Source: a virus (Duplodnaviria > Caudoviricetes). Taken from it: 64,000 nucleotides of DNA. The notes beneath the pieces are model-generated. The model saw only the letters and a list, made by a program, of their open reading frames with translations. It was not told the DNA's origin and did not search any database. The stretch covers positions 103,821-167,820 of IMG/VR virus record IMGVR_UViG_3300027891_000004, one strand, 5' to 3'. Both the position numbers and the translations under genes were made by a program. This document shows, piece by piece, positions 18,663 to 29,590 of this stretch. Every line of letters begins with the position of its first letter. Position 1 is the first letter of the stretch.

Positions 18663-19562
18663 TCACTTGAAACATTTTATATAATTTCCCATAAGTAATT
18701 CCATGCTTTCGATATAATTTAGAATACCCGTTCGGCTATCTGTGATTGTCATGTCTTTCCAACAAAACCGCCCGCCGTCAATGGGGCGAATCTTTTTCTT
18801 CGCAAGCAAAAACGAAAAAATCGCCTCAACGTTGCTGTACCCGTGATCCGCAAATATGGGGATAGGAATGGTGCGAAACTTGGGTTCTTTTGGACTTTTC
18901 AACACGGTAAGCGTCGTATCCACACCGATCTCGCGGTATTTCTTACCCACTTTTTCCGTTATACTCGACACGTACTCCGTCCTAAACAAATAATCGGCGT
19001 AAAACGGGACCGCGCTGCCCCCGGCGGCAACTTTCCGCTGTTCGGCAATCTTTTCCTGCGAACAAAACACCAAAATAGAACCTGTCTCTCGAACCTTATC
19101 AAACGTCTCCTTCGCATTTTGATTGTTGACTTTCCAGCCATCGTCACCCTGCAGGCCATCAATCGAATCAAGGACATACACAAAAGGGACCGGAATTTTC
19201 CGTATCCGGTCCCAAAACGTTGTATGCGTTTTGTCTTCCAAATGAACCACTCGCTTTTCAAGGACACTTCCGAACACGCGGCCTATCTTATGCCGTGCGC
19301 TCTCTGCATCATTAAGATAGAACCTATGCCGCCGAAACGAAGCATTCAAATTCGCCTCGGCAAAGAGCGTAAAAGCAAAACAGGTCTTGCCGGAATCGGG
19401 CGGCCCGGTAATCCAAACGACGCTGCCCGCAGGAATACCGCATAGAGGTTCGCCGGACAGTGCCACGTTCAAAGTGGTAAGACCGGTAGAAAGCAAACAA
19501 TGACCAAACGGGGTCTCCTTTTCGTTTGCCGATTCTTTCAACATCGCGGATACAAGATTCAT
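18663..19562 (-). CDS. Divergent RecA/UvsX paralog
   Basis: STGLTTLN.ALSG, GPPDSGKT, DAE, VLDSID, AGGSAVPFYA. Confidence 0.75.
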   Translation of the reverse strand: MNLVSAMLKESANEKETPFGHCLLSTGLTTLNVALSGEPLCGIPAGSVVWITGPPDSGKTCFAFTLFAEANLNASFRRHRFYLNDAESARHKIGRVFGSVLEKRVVHLEDKTHTTFWDRIRKIPVPFVYVLDSIDGLQGDDGWKVNNQNAKETFDKVRETGSILVFCSQEKIAEQRKVAAGGSAVPFYADYLFRTEYVSSITEKVGKKYREIGVDTTLTVLKSPKEPKFRTIPIPIFADHGYSNVEAIFSFLLAKKKIRPIDGGRFCWKDMTITDSRTGILNYIESMELLMGNYIKCFK

Positions 19563-20017
19563 GTCTGTTCGTTTTGAAAAGCGTTTTTGAAGTAACTCGA
19601 CAACAACACTCGCTCGCTCAGCTTTTCGCCACGTTTGTTATGGAACGCCCATTCTTTTTCTTTCGTCCAAACATAAAGGTATTCCGTAACCAAAAAAGAG
19701 TTTCGGAGCCATTCTAAAAAATCCTGCTCAGACTCCAAATCATAAACAGACAAAGAATCGCCGCGATCACGGTGATAGGCCACTGTTGTATCTTTCGCGG
19801 GATCAACAAAAGAATGCGGAACGCCGGGCTGAGGTTCGATATACCTGCCTAACGACGACAGACATCCGAGGCACAACAACCGGTCAATAATTTCGTCGTT
19901 TGTGTAAAAATTGAGTAGCGTATGCCCAACGCCTTTTGGGCCTCCGTCCCAATGGCTGTAGATAACCCTATACGAGCCATCATTATTTTCCTTACTTATT
20001 AAACAACGTGTAGCCAT
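19559..20017 (-). CDS. Conserved phage protein (HWDG family)
   Basis: MATR..I...IYSHWDG.P.GVG..L; start moved to MATR. Confidence 0.65.
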   Translation of the reverse strand: MATRCLISKENNDGSYRVIYSHWDGGPKGVGHTLLNFYTNDEIIDRLLCLGCLSSLGRYIEPQPGVPHSFVDPAKDTTVAYHRDRGDSLSVYDLESEQDFLEWLRNSFLVTEYLYVWTKEKEWAFHNKRGEKLSERVLLSSYFKNAFQNEQT

Positions 20018-20126
20018 AATGGTGCGAGTGTGAAAAAGGGCGAAAAATGATCCAAGCTGTTGCCACGATGGACAAGGATGGCACGGCAACTCACCGCCAG
20101 ACTGGATCAGGACATTTCGGTGGTAG

Positions 20127-20339
20127 CTATCGTTTGGTCGGCGTTTGTTCTTTTTGCTTAGCCGATTCGAGCGGCCCGTAAACCTCCTGCATCGCCTCCA
20201 ACAATGCGGCATTCGATTTCCGATGGTCGCCCAAACGACGGATATCGCCGGACATACCGATCTGGTACATTGTGAACTCTTGCAAATGATTCAAACAAAG
20301 GGCCATCGCCAACAGTAATTTCTTTTCTGATTCGGACAT
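20127..20339 (-). CDS. Small hypothetical protein
   Basis: Helical ORF overlapping the tail of the phosphoesterase remnant. Confidence 0.4.
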   Translation of the reverse strand: MSESEKKLLLAMALCLNHLQEFTMYQIGMSGDIRRLGDHRKSNAALLEAMQEVYGPLESAKQKEQTPTKR

Positions 20340-20631
20340 GGTGGGAAATATGGTTACAAAATATATGCCGATTTATGTTGAAAAACAAATCATTATCCGG
20401 GAAGTATTTGGCTGGACGCAGGCTATCGTGGTTCCCCAGCGTACAAAAAATAGGCGCATTGGCGTGGTGTGCGGCGTAGGGCAAAAGGTCGCAAAAGCGG
20501 TTCAGGACCGAATGGGCCGTAATATCGCCCGCGATCAAAATAACATCGGCCTTCGCCTGCCGCGCCATACCCGACGCCTTCAGCAGGGCGACCGACGACC
20601 CGTGAATATCCGCCACACAAACGCATCTCAT
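20158..20631 (-). pseudogene. Metallophosphoesterase N-terminal half (probably truncated)
   Basis: ADIHG, AGD and GNHD present; later motifs not evident. Confidence 0.5.
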
Positions 20632-20709
20632 CCAATTTATCCCGTGTTACTCGCGTTGAAAAAGGGCGCACTCCAAAACGTTGATTGGAATGCGCCACGA
20701 AAACAAAAA

Positions 20710-21660
20710 TTACCATTCGTCGTCATCTGACTCAACAGGCGTACTGTAGGCTGACGGCGGCTCATCGTCATCCTCAGATTCGGCCATCGGCGGCTCTTCG
20801 GGTTCGACGGGCGGGCGAGTGGCGGGCTTAGACGCCGTTTTAACAATTGGGTTATATCCGTTTGCCGGATCGAACGGAGCCGGTTCTTCCTCGTCCGTTT
20901 TTTCGGGTGTTGCGTCGAACATCTTCTTGAGTTCATCGTAGGATAGAACAGTAAACGTCTTAGAAAGATCGGGCAACACGTCACACATTTCATAGGTAAG
21001 CTGGTACGGCTTACCGTCATCGCCGATACGGGTCTTGAAATCAACCTGTTCAACGGCCATATACGGATTCCTACCCGCCAATTGTTTCTCTTTCAAAAGC
21101 ACCTTTACCGTATACCCTTTCAACGGGTCAGCATAAAGATGCCAATTCTTTTCGGACGGGTCTGTTTTGTCGCGTTCTCGGACTCTCGTTTCCAACTTGC
21201 TCCCAAAGCTATAATCAGCCTGCTCCAGGATAGCGACTTTCCCTTTTAATTCGGGGTTCCCGTCGCGTGGGATCACGTAATACAACTGCCGCTTCTGCGC
21301 CCGCAGTTTCTTCCACTGTTCCGCCTCGCCGCGTGGCAACGCGCGTGCCGCTTCACAAATGGGGCACGGCTTACCGAACTGGGCCTCCAAACAAATCACC
21401 CACGTTTCCATATTATTGTGTATATGGTACGAGAAGTGTGGCACCGCTTCCGGGCCATTCTCGGTTTCCATTATGAACGGCAAAATATCAAACTTAGCGG
21501 ATGTTGCGTCTTTCGAGAAGATATACTTTTTATACCCTTCGGGCATCGTATACACGCCCTTGAATCCCCTGTTTGAGGATTCCTGCCTTTTTTCGGCTTC
21601 CATACGGGCTTCCGCGTTTACGGGCTTGCTCCAACGTCGATTCTGTTCTTGTTTATTCAT
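20710..21660 (-). CDS. gp32-like single-stranded DNA-binding protein
   Basis: H...VICL....PCPIC zinc site, acidic C-terminus ending DDDEW. Confidence 0.75.
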   Translation of the reverse strand: MNKQEQNRRWSKPVNAEARMEAEKRQESSNRGFKGVYTMPEGYKKYIFSKDATSAKFDILPFIMETENGPEAVPHFSYHIHNNMETWVICLEAQFGKPCPICEAARALPRGEAEQWKKLRAQKRQLYYVIPRDGNPELKGKVAILEQADYSFGSKLETRVRERDKTDPSEKNWHLYADPLKGYTVKVLLKEKQLAGRNPYMAVEQVDFKTRIGDDGKPYQLTYEMCDVLPDLSKTFTVLSYDELKKMFDATPEKTDEEEPAPFDPANGYNPIVKTASKPATRPPVEPEEPPMAESEDDDEPPSAYSTPVESDDDEW

Positions 21661-21696
21661 TGGTATTTATTGATATAAGTTGATCTGTGTTGAAAT

Positions 21697-22221
21697 CTAA
21701 TGGGATGAGGCCCTGCCGTAGTAGGCGATCAAAGCCGCCTCCGCCCGGTCGGGCATGATTATTTTTTTCCCTTTCTTGCACGCCCGTTCAAACAGGCTGG
21801 CCGAGTCGGGAAATAACTCTTTCGCTTTACAAACGCTTTCCATTTTCTCCCTCCGTTTTTTCGGATGGTATAAATCTGGAAACGATTTGAGCCATGTACT
21901 AGGCTCAACTCCCCGGAACGGGATGTTTGCGGTTTCAAACGCACACCGGAAAACTCCGTATGATTCGTGCGTGGACATCGTGGTCTGGATATGGAACCCG
22001 CGACCGGCAAATATAGGTTTCTCACATACGCATAACGCCACCTCCTTCCGCTTAAGTTTCCAAGCGATCCAATCGTTTACCAAACGCGGGTTCGCCGAAC
22101 ATTTCGACGCGCCGGTACTGTCATAAAAAACGCTGATATCGAAGACATCAAGTGAATTGTCGTCGTACAACAGCGCGACAGCACCCGATTTTCCGGGATC
22201 GATACCTACGTATACTGACAT
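21697..22221 (-). CDS. RuvC-like Holliday junction resolvase
   Basis: VGIDPGKSGAVA, CEKP, VEPSTW, DRAEAALIA. Confidence 0.8.
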   Translation of the reverse strand: MSVYVGIDPGKSGAVALLYDDNSLDVFDISVFYDSTGASKCSANPRLVNDWIAWKLKRKEVALCVCEKPIFAGRGFHIQTTMSTHESYGVFRCAFETANIPFRGVEPSTWLKSFPDLYHPKKRREKMESVCKAKELFPDSASLFERACKKGKKIIMPDRAEAALIAYYGRASSH

Positions 22222-22248
22222 GGTATATGCCGTTATTGAAAGAGTATT

Positions 22249-23013
22249 TTAAGAAAAAGCAGATAAATAATCGGCAATTATTTTAGCAGGTATCCCGTAG
22301 TTTGTCAAACGTATACGCACTTCTTTTAAAAGATACTCGTTGTTTATAACGGCGGTATAAACATGCGTACGGTTCCAATCCCGCCACGCCAGAAAATGCC
22401 GGGTCACATACTCTCGCGTATCGCCAAAATACTCACGCACGCGGCGTCGGACGTTTTCAGGAATACCAGATTCGTCCCATTTTTTCAAAAATGCTCGCAA
22501 ATTAAAAAGCGACTGGCTCACGGCAGTTACCAAATCTTCCCAATCGCAAACCCAACGTTCAATCTTTAACGATTTGAGTACCGTTTGCAGTTCTTCCTCA
22601 GGGATAGGGCGACACGTTCTTTCGTACCTGCTCTCCAAATAGGTAAAATCCTCGAGAAACGAATCGGCTGTGGTATGCGCCCAACCTTTATTAAGACGCC
22701 AGTTTTTAACATAGAAATCAAAAACCGCGTCTACCTTTTCAAGCGGGACATTCGCAGAAAAACGGTCAAAACTACGCGCCCAATCGTCAAGCATTTGCGG
22801 CGGATTTTTCGTGTCCGGCACACGGTTTACAGTGAAGCGCACAAAATCCCATAGTTTTTGTGCAAGCCGTCTTGCAGTGGCGGTGGGTTCTTTCTTTTTG
22901 TATGCAAACATGAAATTTGGTGTGATGGCTTTTGTAGGTATGCCAACTTTCGATGAAAAAACAAGGTAAACGTCAAAACGCATGGAAAATTCGCTAGTGC
23001 GCCCGATTCCCAA
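22249..23013 (-). CDS. Hypothetical protein (true start probably near 22911)
   Basis: ORF upstream of the resolvase. Confidence 0.45.
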   Translation of the reverse strand: MGIGRTSEFSMRFDVYLVFSSKVGIPTKAITPNFMFAYKKKEPTATARRLAQKLWDFVRFTVNRVPDTKNPPQMLDDWARSFDRFSANVPLEKVDAVFDFYVKNWRLNKGWAHTTADSFLEDFTYLESRYERTCRPIPEEELQTVLKSLKIERWVCDWEDLVTAVSQSLFNLRAFLKKWDESGIPENVRRRVREYFGDTREYVTRHFLAWRDWNRTHVYTAVINNEYLLKEVRIRLTNYGIPAKIIADYLSAFS

Positions 23014-23027
23014 AGTTTACGGATTTA

Positions 23028-23036
23028 TGATATAAT
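23028..23036 (+). promoter_or_regulatory. Extended -10 promoter for the leader gene at 23084
   Basis: TGATATAAT. Confidence 0.5.
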
Positions 23037-23083
23037 GCGGTGGAAGCTGTACTTCAACTGCAAACTTTAACTCGCAAGTAGAC

Positions 23084-23659
23084 ATGCAAAAGCTAGCCGA
23101 TCTTCACGTTTTCGAGGGACTTCAACGCGATGCGCACGCACAAATGAATCTATCGCATTTCGCTGTTTTCAACGACTACAGCGACGCGGAAAAGCAAGAG
23201 CGTTCCGCAAGAATAAAGCAGGAGATAGAACAGATAAATCAGGAAATAGGTAAATTGGAAACTGAGGCCCCACAGGCATTGGCAAAAATGAGAGCGGGAT
23301 ACGATGCGGCAATGGAAGCGTTGGGGCCTATCCCGCGCGGGACAGGTTGGGACGGCGCTGAGGAACGACAGTACCGCGATAAGATGAAACAAAAGGCACA
23401 AGAAAAACACAACGAAATATACGAATGGCCACTACGAGAAATGAGGGATAGGACTGATTCGCTACACGCGCGTATAAAAGAAATACGCGACAACGATCCA
23501 GAGGGACGGTATGCAGTTCCGTGTTTTGCGATAGAGGACAAACTCAACAAATTTGAAACTCAAATAAGAACAGCTGTTGAAGCAGACGAACGAAAGAAGA
23601 TGGGTTTCAATGATTTCAAAGGATACCAAAACATGTCCGCTATGGCGGCGTTTCAATAG
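23084..23659 (+). CDS. Leader-bearing coiled-coil protein with C-terminal SAMAAFQ
   Basis: MQKLADLHVFEGLQ...FAVFN. Confidence 0.75.
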   Translation: MQKLADLHVFEGLQRDAHAQMNLSHFAVFNDYSDAEKQERSARIKQEIEQINQEIGKLETEAPQALAKMRAGYDAAMEALGPIPRGTGWDGAEERQYRDKMKQKAQEKHNEIYEWPLREMRDRTDSLHARIKEIRDNDPEGRYAVPCFAIEDKLNKFETQIRTAVEADERKKMGFNDFKGYQNMSAMAAFQ

Positions 23660-23963
23660 CCTCCTTTGAAATGCCTGTCCCGCCCAATAGATCATCAATA
23701 TAGGCAACAAGGTGCATTTCAAAAAACATATAGCCTGTAAAATTACTATTGCGTTTCAACGCGTGTTCCCATTCATTATACCGCGTTAAAAAATCGTCAT
23801 GGGCCAACAAATACGAAATATCGCTTTTCAAGCAACGAATATCCATTTTTTCCAAGTCCAACTCTTCCTGTAGCGCTCGCCTCCATTCTTGCCGTTGTTC
23901 TTCAGGCTGGAATGGTCCCTTGTAGGGCGCGCCTCTTATTGCTCGATCTATCTGCGATTTCAT
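23640..23963 (-). CDS. Hypothetical protein convergent with the leader gene
   Basis: 20-bp overlap of the 3' ends. Confidence 0.5.
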   Translation of the reverse strand: MKSQIDRAIRGAPYKGPFQPEEQRQEWRRALQEELDLEKMDIRCLKSDISYLLAHDDFLTRYNEWEHALKRNSNFTGYMFFEMHLVAYIDDLLGGTGISKEAIETPP

Positions 23964-24065
23964 GGCTTATTTCTGTGATGACTCAAACAAGTGCAAACAA
24001 CATTGGATGAAAAACAATATGCCAAAAAAGCGAGAAAAAGCAACATAGTCGCCTCATTTTTATTT

Positions 24066-25682
24066 TCAACGGTACTTATTCTTTTTCCGTCTGTACTGAC
24101 TTTCATAGGTTTCCCGCTCGTACCCGGACGTATCTTCCTTCAAAACTCCGCCACGTGGCGGGCTTTCTACCGGTGCCGGACTCCAATCCTGCACGTCGGG
24201 CGTTTTTTCGACTTTGGCTTGCGGGGCACCGCCCGTTGCGAACCCCATTGTTCTTGTAGATGTCGGCCCCCGGTCCTCATGCCGATGGATCGGCGGGTAG
24301 TAAACGCGCATCATCGGGTTGGCTATCTCGAAACAGCGTGCGACGTACAATTGATCGTAAGGGTTACACGGTTCGCCGCGTCGGACAAGGAAGTTCAGCC
24401 GAGCAACGCCCAAATCCCATTCGTATTCCGTCGCGCACAGTCCCAATATAGCGGTCGGGTCGGCGGCCTTGCGTTTATCCTCCGCGAGGTGTTTGCGGGT
24501 CATTACCTTTGATTCCAGCGCATCGGCCTTCGCCTGCGTCGCGCTGACAAGGCAAACGTTGCGGGCGAGCGACAATCCACGCAACTGTTTATACGTCGCG
24601 TTGATCCGGTGCCGAAACTCGACCTCTTTTGATTCAGGGATGAGCAGGTCGGCGTAATCTACAAAGATAAAATCGGGTATAAAGTTCTCGGTCCGTTCCC
24701 ATTCGTCCAGGATGACTTTGATTTCACTTACGGTCAAATCGTGCGAATGGACCGACAATTTCCACGCCTTGCTTGTCTCCGCCAAGTCAACGGCCCACTT
24801 CCGACACTCGGCCAACGCAATATCGACATTCATATCTTCGGCATATTCCCTTTCTTCATGCTGTATATCAACAGAACTCTCACCGTCGATTTCGCGTACC
24901 GATAATGTCGTGGGGATACGGACAGTCCCGGCTCGTTTCGGGTGCCTCGTTATCCGTTGGTAAAGGAGCCGCAGGAGCTGCCCCTGCGAATTATCGCCCG
25001 CGTCGAAATAGGCAACGTTATAGCCCTGTCGCAACGCTCGCAGCGCTATTTCACGAAGCAAAGAAGATTTTCCGCTCTTCTCGGCGGCGTTCACAACCAC
25101 GAAACTCGACCGGCAAAACGTATCTCCGAAAAACGCGGCACTATCGGCTTCTTTGAACGTTAGGAGCGATTTATCGGTGTTTTCGGCGTAGGCGGCCCGA
25201 ATCGCCTCCTCATCCGTGAACGGATTAACGCCGGTTGTTACGCCTCTGCTTATCCGTGAAAAACCGTTTATCAATTCATAGCAACCGTTCGTATCGTCCC
25301 GCGACATTTTCGCCTTCAAACTTTCGATCAGGTACTCTATCTGTACCTGTTCGTAATGTTTCGAGGCGATGTCAATTAGACGGTCATTGTTGCTAGATTG
25401 GAGCGGCGGAAGCGATTCAATAAGAAGCGCAATACGGCGTGCCTGCGATTCATCGGTCAGCGCAATTTCAACGGGAAACTGCGTAATATCGGAACCTGGA
25501 GCTTTACCGTACCGTTTATAGTAATGCACACACCAGCGGGCGACGGAATTGGCGGCGTCGGAACGAAAAAGAAACGGCGATTGTCGATAAGAAACGGCGG
25601 AGGCGGCCAACACGGCGTCCGAGTGGATCAAACTGCTTAATACAGTACGTTCTAGTTCCCCATCAAACGACGCAATCTCCAC
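24066..25682 (-). CDS. dnaB: DnaB-like replicative helicase
   Basis: AAEKSGKS Walker A, IFVDYADLL, VSATQA, AEDKRK. Confidence 0.85.
   Translation of the reverse strand: MEIASFDGELERTVLSSLIHSDAVLAASAVSYRQSPFLFRSDAANSVARWCVHYYKRYGKAPGSDITQFPVEIALTDESQARRIALLIESLPPLQSSNNDRLIDIASKHYEQVQIEYLIESLKAKMSRDDTNGCYELINGFSRISRGVTTGVNPFTDEEAIRAAYAENTDKSLLTFKEADSAAFFGDTFCRSSFVVVNAAEKSGKSSLLREIALRALRQGYNVAYFDAGDNSQGQLLRLLYQRITRHPKRAGTVRIPTTLSVREIDGESSVDIQHEEREYAEDMNVDIALAECRKWAVDLAETSKAWKLSVHSHDLTVSEIKVILDEWERTENFIPDFIFVDYADLLIPESKEVEFRHRINATYKQLRGLSLARNVCLVSATQAKADALESKVMTRKHLAEDKRKAADPTAILGLCATEYEWDLGVARLNFLVRRGEPCNPYDQLYVARCFEIANPMMRVYYPPIHRHEDRGPTSTRTMGFATGGAPQAKVEKTPDVQDWSPAPVESPPRGGVLKEDTSGYERETYESQYRRKKNKYR
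24147..24162. repeat. 16-bp palindrome copy (1 mismatch)
   Basis: TCCGCCACGTGGCGGG in the helicase tail. Confidence 0.85.
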
Positions 25683-25696
25683 AGGCCGCGCTCCAT

Positions 25697-26923
25697 CTAA
25701 AAACCCAATCCGATAATTTTACTCAAATCCCTAGCAAGCATGTACGTAATCAACGCATCTATCCCGTTGTACAGCATAAGTTCCCCCGGCGCGAGCTGTT
25801 CCAACCTGTTTAGCCCGCCGTTACCGGTTGACGAAATATACTTATCAACGACATCGTCATAGCCAACGACACCGTAATGAACCAGCGCTTGAAACTTCAG
25901 CCCGGAGTTCCCGGGCTGACAATCGAGTGTCCGGGCCAAAACGGCGGAATCGACCGCCCAATTGACGACTGGCGTGTTAAAATGAACCAAACTAACATGT
26001 TCCTCGTATTTGATATTCTGTGCAATTTTTAGAACATCCGATTTAAGGAAATCTACCCATGCCCGTCTTACGTTCCCGCTCGCCATAGGAAACGCAACTG
26101 TCCTATGTATCTGGGCACTATCGCCCATAGCGACGGCGGCAGTAAGCACCTTCGCGCCAGGCATCAGCATTTGCAGGGCGTTACATTCGTAATCGAACGC
26201 GGCGTATTTGCAACCGCGTGCCTGTTCCAACGCAGCGACAATCCGGTCAGTATCGAAAATAATTTCGATACCTTCATCAGAAAACAGCGGCCCCGGTCGG
26301 CCTTTCTTCGCCTGCTCCAACGCCCATTTCAAATGTTTCCGTTGCCAGCCGCAAGCCACGTCTATTACATCGCCGTTCCGATACATGTTGAGTTCCCTAT
26401 CAGATTGAACGGGAGCCAACCAGCAATCCCAGCCGGGTTCGGCAGATAGCGGCAGGCAGTAACCTGCGTACTGTTGCGAACTGTAATTCAGGGGGAAATG
26501 AGACGGCTTGTACAACTTAAGCACAGCGCCTGTCGCACCGGCTCCCACCGAAATAATCAAAACTGGCTTCAGAGCGTCAACCGTTTCCTTCAGTTTCAGA
26601 AGGCAATGATCGTACAGGAACGTTTTCATCCTCGCCGGACCGGCGCAGGGAAGCACGGCTGTAAACCATGTATCCTCGGGCAAGTTCAAACCAAAATCAG
26701 AACAGAGAGTTACCGACGTGTTTTGTCGGCTGACGAACCACGATTGTTCTTCGACCTGTTCTTTGGTCGCCATCTCGGTAACGATAAGGATACCCTGTTT
26801 CCCGATCCCGCCAGGTTCCAAAGGGCGCCCATTTCGCCCGCATTCGGCGCATTTGACGAACCGGACGCCCTGTGTCAATTTGCGACCAACTCCAAAATTA
26901 AATCCCATCGTTACGCAATTCAA
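25697..26923 (-). CDS. UDG-like + 3'-5' exonuclease: N-terminal half of an SPO1-type DNA polymerase A
   Basis: LKPVLIISVG (UDG-like); ExoI AFDYE, ExoII AQNIKYE, ExoIII YNGID. Confidence 0.75.
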   Translation of the reverse strand: MNCVTMGFNFGVGRKLTQGVRFVKCAECGRNGRPLEPGGIGKQGILIVTEMATKEQVEEQSWFVSRQNTSVTLCSDFGLNLPEDTWFTAVLPCAGPARMKTFLYDHCLLKLKETVDALKPVLIISVGAGATGAVLKLYKPSHFPLNYSSQQYAGYCLPLSAEPGWDCWLAPVQSDRELNMYRNGDVIDVACGWQRKHLKWALEQAKKGRPGPLFSDEGIEIIFDTDRIVAALEQARGCKYAAFDYECNALQMLMPGAKVLTAAVAMGDSAQIHRTVAFPMASGNVRRAWVDFLKSDVLKIAQNIKYEEHVSLVHFNTPVVNWAVDSAVLARTLDCQPGNSGLKFQALVHYGVVGYDDVVDKYISSTGNGGLNRLEQLAPGELMLYNGIDALITYMLARDLSKIIGLGF

Positions 26924-27956
26924 CAGCAGCTGTGTACATCAATTTATCGCTCCGCACTCGGATACCGTGTTGCGATACGGTACATTCCGTAAATTTTGAA
27001 ATAACGTATTGAAACAGATCGGGCGCGATCTGGAACGTCATCTCCTGCTGGACCGGTTCTTCCAAATCCGCCTCTATCTGGTGTACTCCGTGCTTCCCGT
27101 TCGCCGAAACGAAACACTTGCCGCCGCGTAGCGAAACAACAAGTTTATCCTTCTTTTCCAAAACAGCGCACGCAACGGGAATATCCGCCAAAAGTTCCGA
27201 CGGAAATTTGACTTTAAAAAGCGACGGGGCGAGATAATCGTCCATTTCCGATACAAAATCATCCTTATAAACGGGGGTCGCCACGGAAACACCGGCGTTT
27301 CGGAGATAGAACCATTGTACATTGTTGTTTTCAACGTATTGAAGCTCTTTAGGTTCGATGCTTTGCATACCCTCCAAAATACCGCCACGGGCAAGAAACC
27401 TATTCGGTATATCAAGCGGGCATCGGCACCTTACGACCTGCGTAGCGGAAACCGCTTCCATACATTTCGGGGTAACGTTTATCGAAGACATCACCTCATC
27501 CGTCCGGACAAGTTCCACGACGCTCTCGCACATTTTCACGGCATCGCCGAACTCGGCGGGCACCGGCTTCCAACCGTCGGCGACCGGTTGCAAAACAGAC
27601 TGCAACGAAAGAATAATCTGCGGGTCGTAAGTAAATTTTGTTTTCGACTTCCCGTTACACTTCTGGACCTCAAACGTCGCGCCGTCGGGCACTATTTCGA
27701 CCTCCGCCGGCCCGTATTTTACGAGCACCTCGTATAGCTGTTTGTAGTTGACCGCCCCTACAACAGGGAACGGGAGATCAATCACGGCGAATACTTCGCC
27801 CGAAAACGTAAACGCCTTTCCGTCCTGAAAGATCACGCAGTCAGATTGCGGCAGTGTCGGGTTGGCCGGGACACCATACCGCAACGGTTTCAACTTTGCG
27901 GCCAATTTGTTCGCAACAAATTTCATAAAAAATGCTCCTGTAAATGTGAAAAACAA
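26898..27956 (-). CDS. Sliding clamp (DnaN-like)
   Basis: Size, beta-rich repeated pattern and position in the replication cluster. Confidence 0.55.
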   Translation of the reverse strand: MFFTFTGAFFMKFVANKLAAKLKPLRYGVPANPTLPQSDCVIFQDGKAFTFSGEVFAVIDLPFPVVGAVNYKQLYEVLVKYGPAEVEIVPDGATFEVQKCNGKSKTKFTYDPQIILSLQSVLQPVADGWKPVPAEFGDAVKMCESVVELVRTDEVMSSINVTPKCMEAVSATQVVRCRCPLDIPNRFLARGGILEGMQSIEPKELQYVENNNVQWFYLRNAGVSVATPVYKDDFVSEMDDYLAPSLFKVKFPSELLADIPVACAVLEKKDKLVVSLRGGKCFVSANGKHGVHQIEADLEEPVQQEMTFQIAPDLFQYVISKFTECTVSQHGIRVRSDKLMYTAAVELRNDGI

Positions 27957-27959
27957 ACA

Positions 27960-28337
27960 TCAAAACAAATCTAAAATAGCATCAAGCCTGTATTCGATTT
28001 CGCTCTTATCCAAATCATCAAGATCACACGTCAACTTATCTAACATTTGCTCTACCTTATCGGCCAAAACTTCGTAGGCTTCATTTTCATCTATTCTGCA
28101 TTGAAGGCTACTTATTTCATCTTGAAGTTCTGACAATTCGGCCTCCAATCTTTCCTGCTCTTGCTCGGCGGATTCTAAACTTGAGGATAACTCGTTTTTA
28201 TTAGCAACAAAATACTCATTGCAACTTTCAACAATCTTCTGAATTTGCGGGTCGGTATCCAACCGTCGCAATATGCAAAGCGGCAACTGGTCAGCAAGGT
28301 ATTTACCCAATTTTATATTTGATAAAAACAAAAACAT
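27960..28337 (-). CDS. Acidic coiled-coil protein
   Basis: Heptad pattern. Confidence 0.5.
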   Translation of the reverse strand: MFLFLSNIKLGKYLADQLPLCILRRLDTDPQIQKIVESCNEYFVANKNELSSSLESAEQEQERLEAELSELQDEISSLQCRIDENEAYEVLADKVEQMLDKLTCDLDDLDKSEIEYRLDAILDLF

Positions 28338-28342
28338 CGATC

Positions 28343-29587
28343 TTAAAATAATGAAAGGATGGCCGAATTGGAAGTTGTTATTTCAGACGAATCGGAAGTT
28401 AGCAGGTCGCCGACGCCCGGCCTACGAATATTTGCCTGCCTGATTTCAAATGAACTCAAATCCAACGACACGTCATTGGAAACATTCATAAACAAACACC
28501 GCGTATCTCCCACCTGTACATCAGCGATAGTTTCGCTTTGTTGCATAGATACGGTATAAAAATACTTGACGCCGGGAAACTGTAATACCCTTTTAAAATA
28601 CCTTATTTTATACCACGCCATAAAATCATCAGGCAATTTTGTTGGTATGTTTGTTTTGATAATAACACGGTTCTCATCTCCGTAATTTGGCTGAAAACCA
28701 AAGGCAACATAGCCGCCATGCGACAATAAAAGAACGGAATCAGAAAACCGGCCACGCGGCGCGCTTTTTAAAATAGAGATTACACGTTCAGATTCTTCCT
28801 GCGTTAATACAAATTGCACTGGCCCGTGCGGTTCTTCTACTATATCCAGATGCGGGAATGCGCCGCATTGTCCCGCTTCTGCGTACATAGTCGCGTTGCC
28901 CTGTTTGAAAATCAATACAGGCCGGTTATCAAACGACGCCGCACCAAAATCAACGGAACCTTCGTCGAACCGTATCCCAGGCGGAATCAAAAAGTGTATC
29001 CGCCCCTCCGTCCAAAAAGTTTTGTCCGGATCGCGTTGCGTATTTTGCCGATACTCGTCAATACACGCCGAAACATAGATCGACTTGTAATCCACCAGAG
29101 CTTCCGGCGGAAATTGGAACGTCTTACGCGCGTAGAAAGCACCATCGGATGCCACAACCGCGTTATCGCCGACGCCGACAAAACCTAAGGCTGTTCTTGT
29201 GCTATCCTTGTCCACAAAGGGGCATAACGTTTTGTAGGCGTCTACAAAATCGTCTGGCAACCGTACAAACTTCATTTGTGATTCTGGCAGCACAATTCCG
29301 CCCTCCTCGGTTTCAAGCGGAACCTCTACCTGCGCGCCAGAAACATAGTACCTCACGGCGTTGGGTGTAAACAAAACCGGCTTGTGCAAATCAGGCTCCA
29401 TAGAAAATTGCCGCAAAATAAAACAAAAAGGAACGTCTTCACCTTCTTGTTTACCTTTTATTACAAAATGGCCGTAGTCACTCGCGCCAACAACGGAATC
29501 TCCGGTAACAAAAACATCGCGGGCAAACGAACGACGTAGCGCACGCCGGAGACGCGTAAACTCATGCCCAAAAATAGAAACAGCCAT
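28343..29587 (-). CDS. Second sliding clamp (DnaN-like) paralog
   Basis: DSTRTALGFV...VVASDG...FPHL matches the beta-clamp R..L.GV / VATDG / FP motifs. Confidence 0.6.
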   Translation of the reverse strand: MAVSIFGHEFTRLRRALRRSFARDVFVTGDSVVGASDYGHFVIKGKQEGEDVPFCFILRQFSMEPDLHKPVLFTPNAVRYYVSGAQVEVPLETEEGGIVLPESQMKFVRLPDDFVDAYKTLCPFVDKDSTRTALGFVGVGDNAVVASDGAFYARKTFQFPPEALVDYKSIYVSACIDEYRQNTQRDPDKTFWTEGRIHFLIPPGIRFDEGSVDFGAASFDNRPVLIFKQGNATMYAEAGQCGAFPHLDIVEEPHGPVQFVLTQEESERVISILKSAPRGRFSDSVLLLSHGGYVAFGFQPNYGDENRVIIKTNIPTKLPDDFMAWYKIRYFKRVLQFPGVKYFYTVSMQQSETIADVQVGDTRCLFMNVSNDVSLDLSSFEIRQANIRRPGVGDLLTSDSSEITTSNSAILSLF

Positions 29588-29590
29588 AAC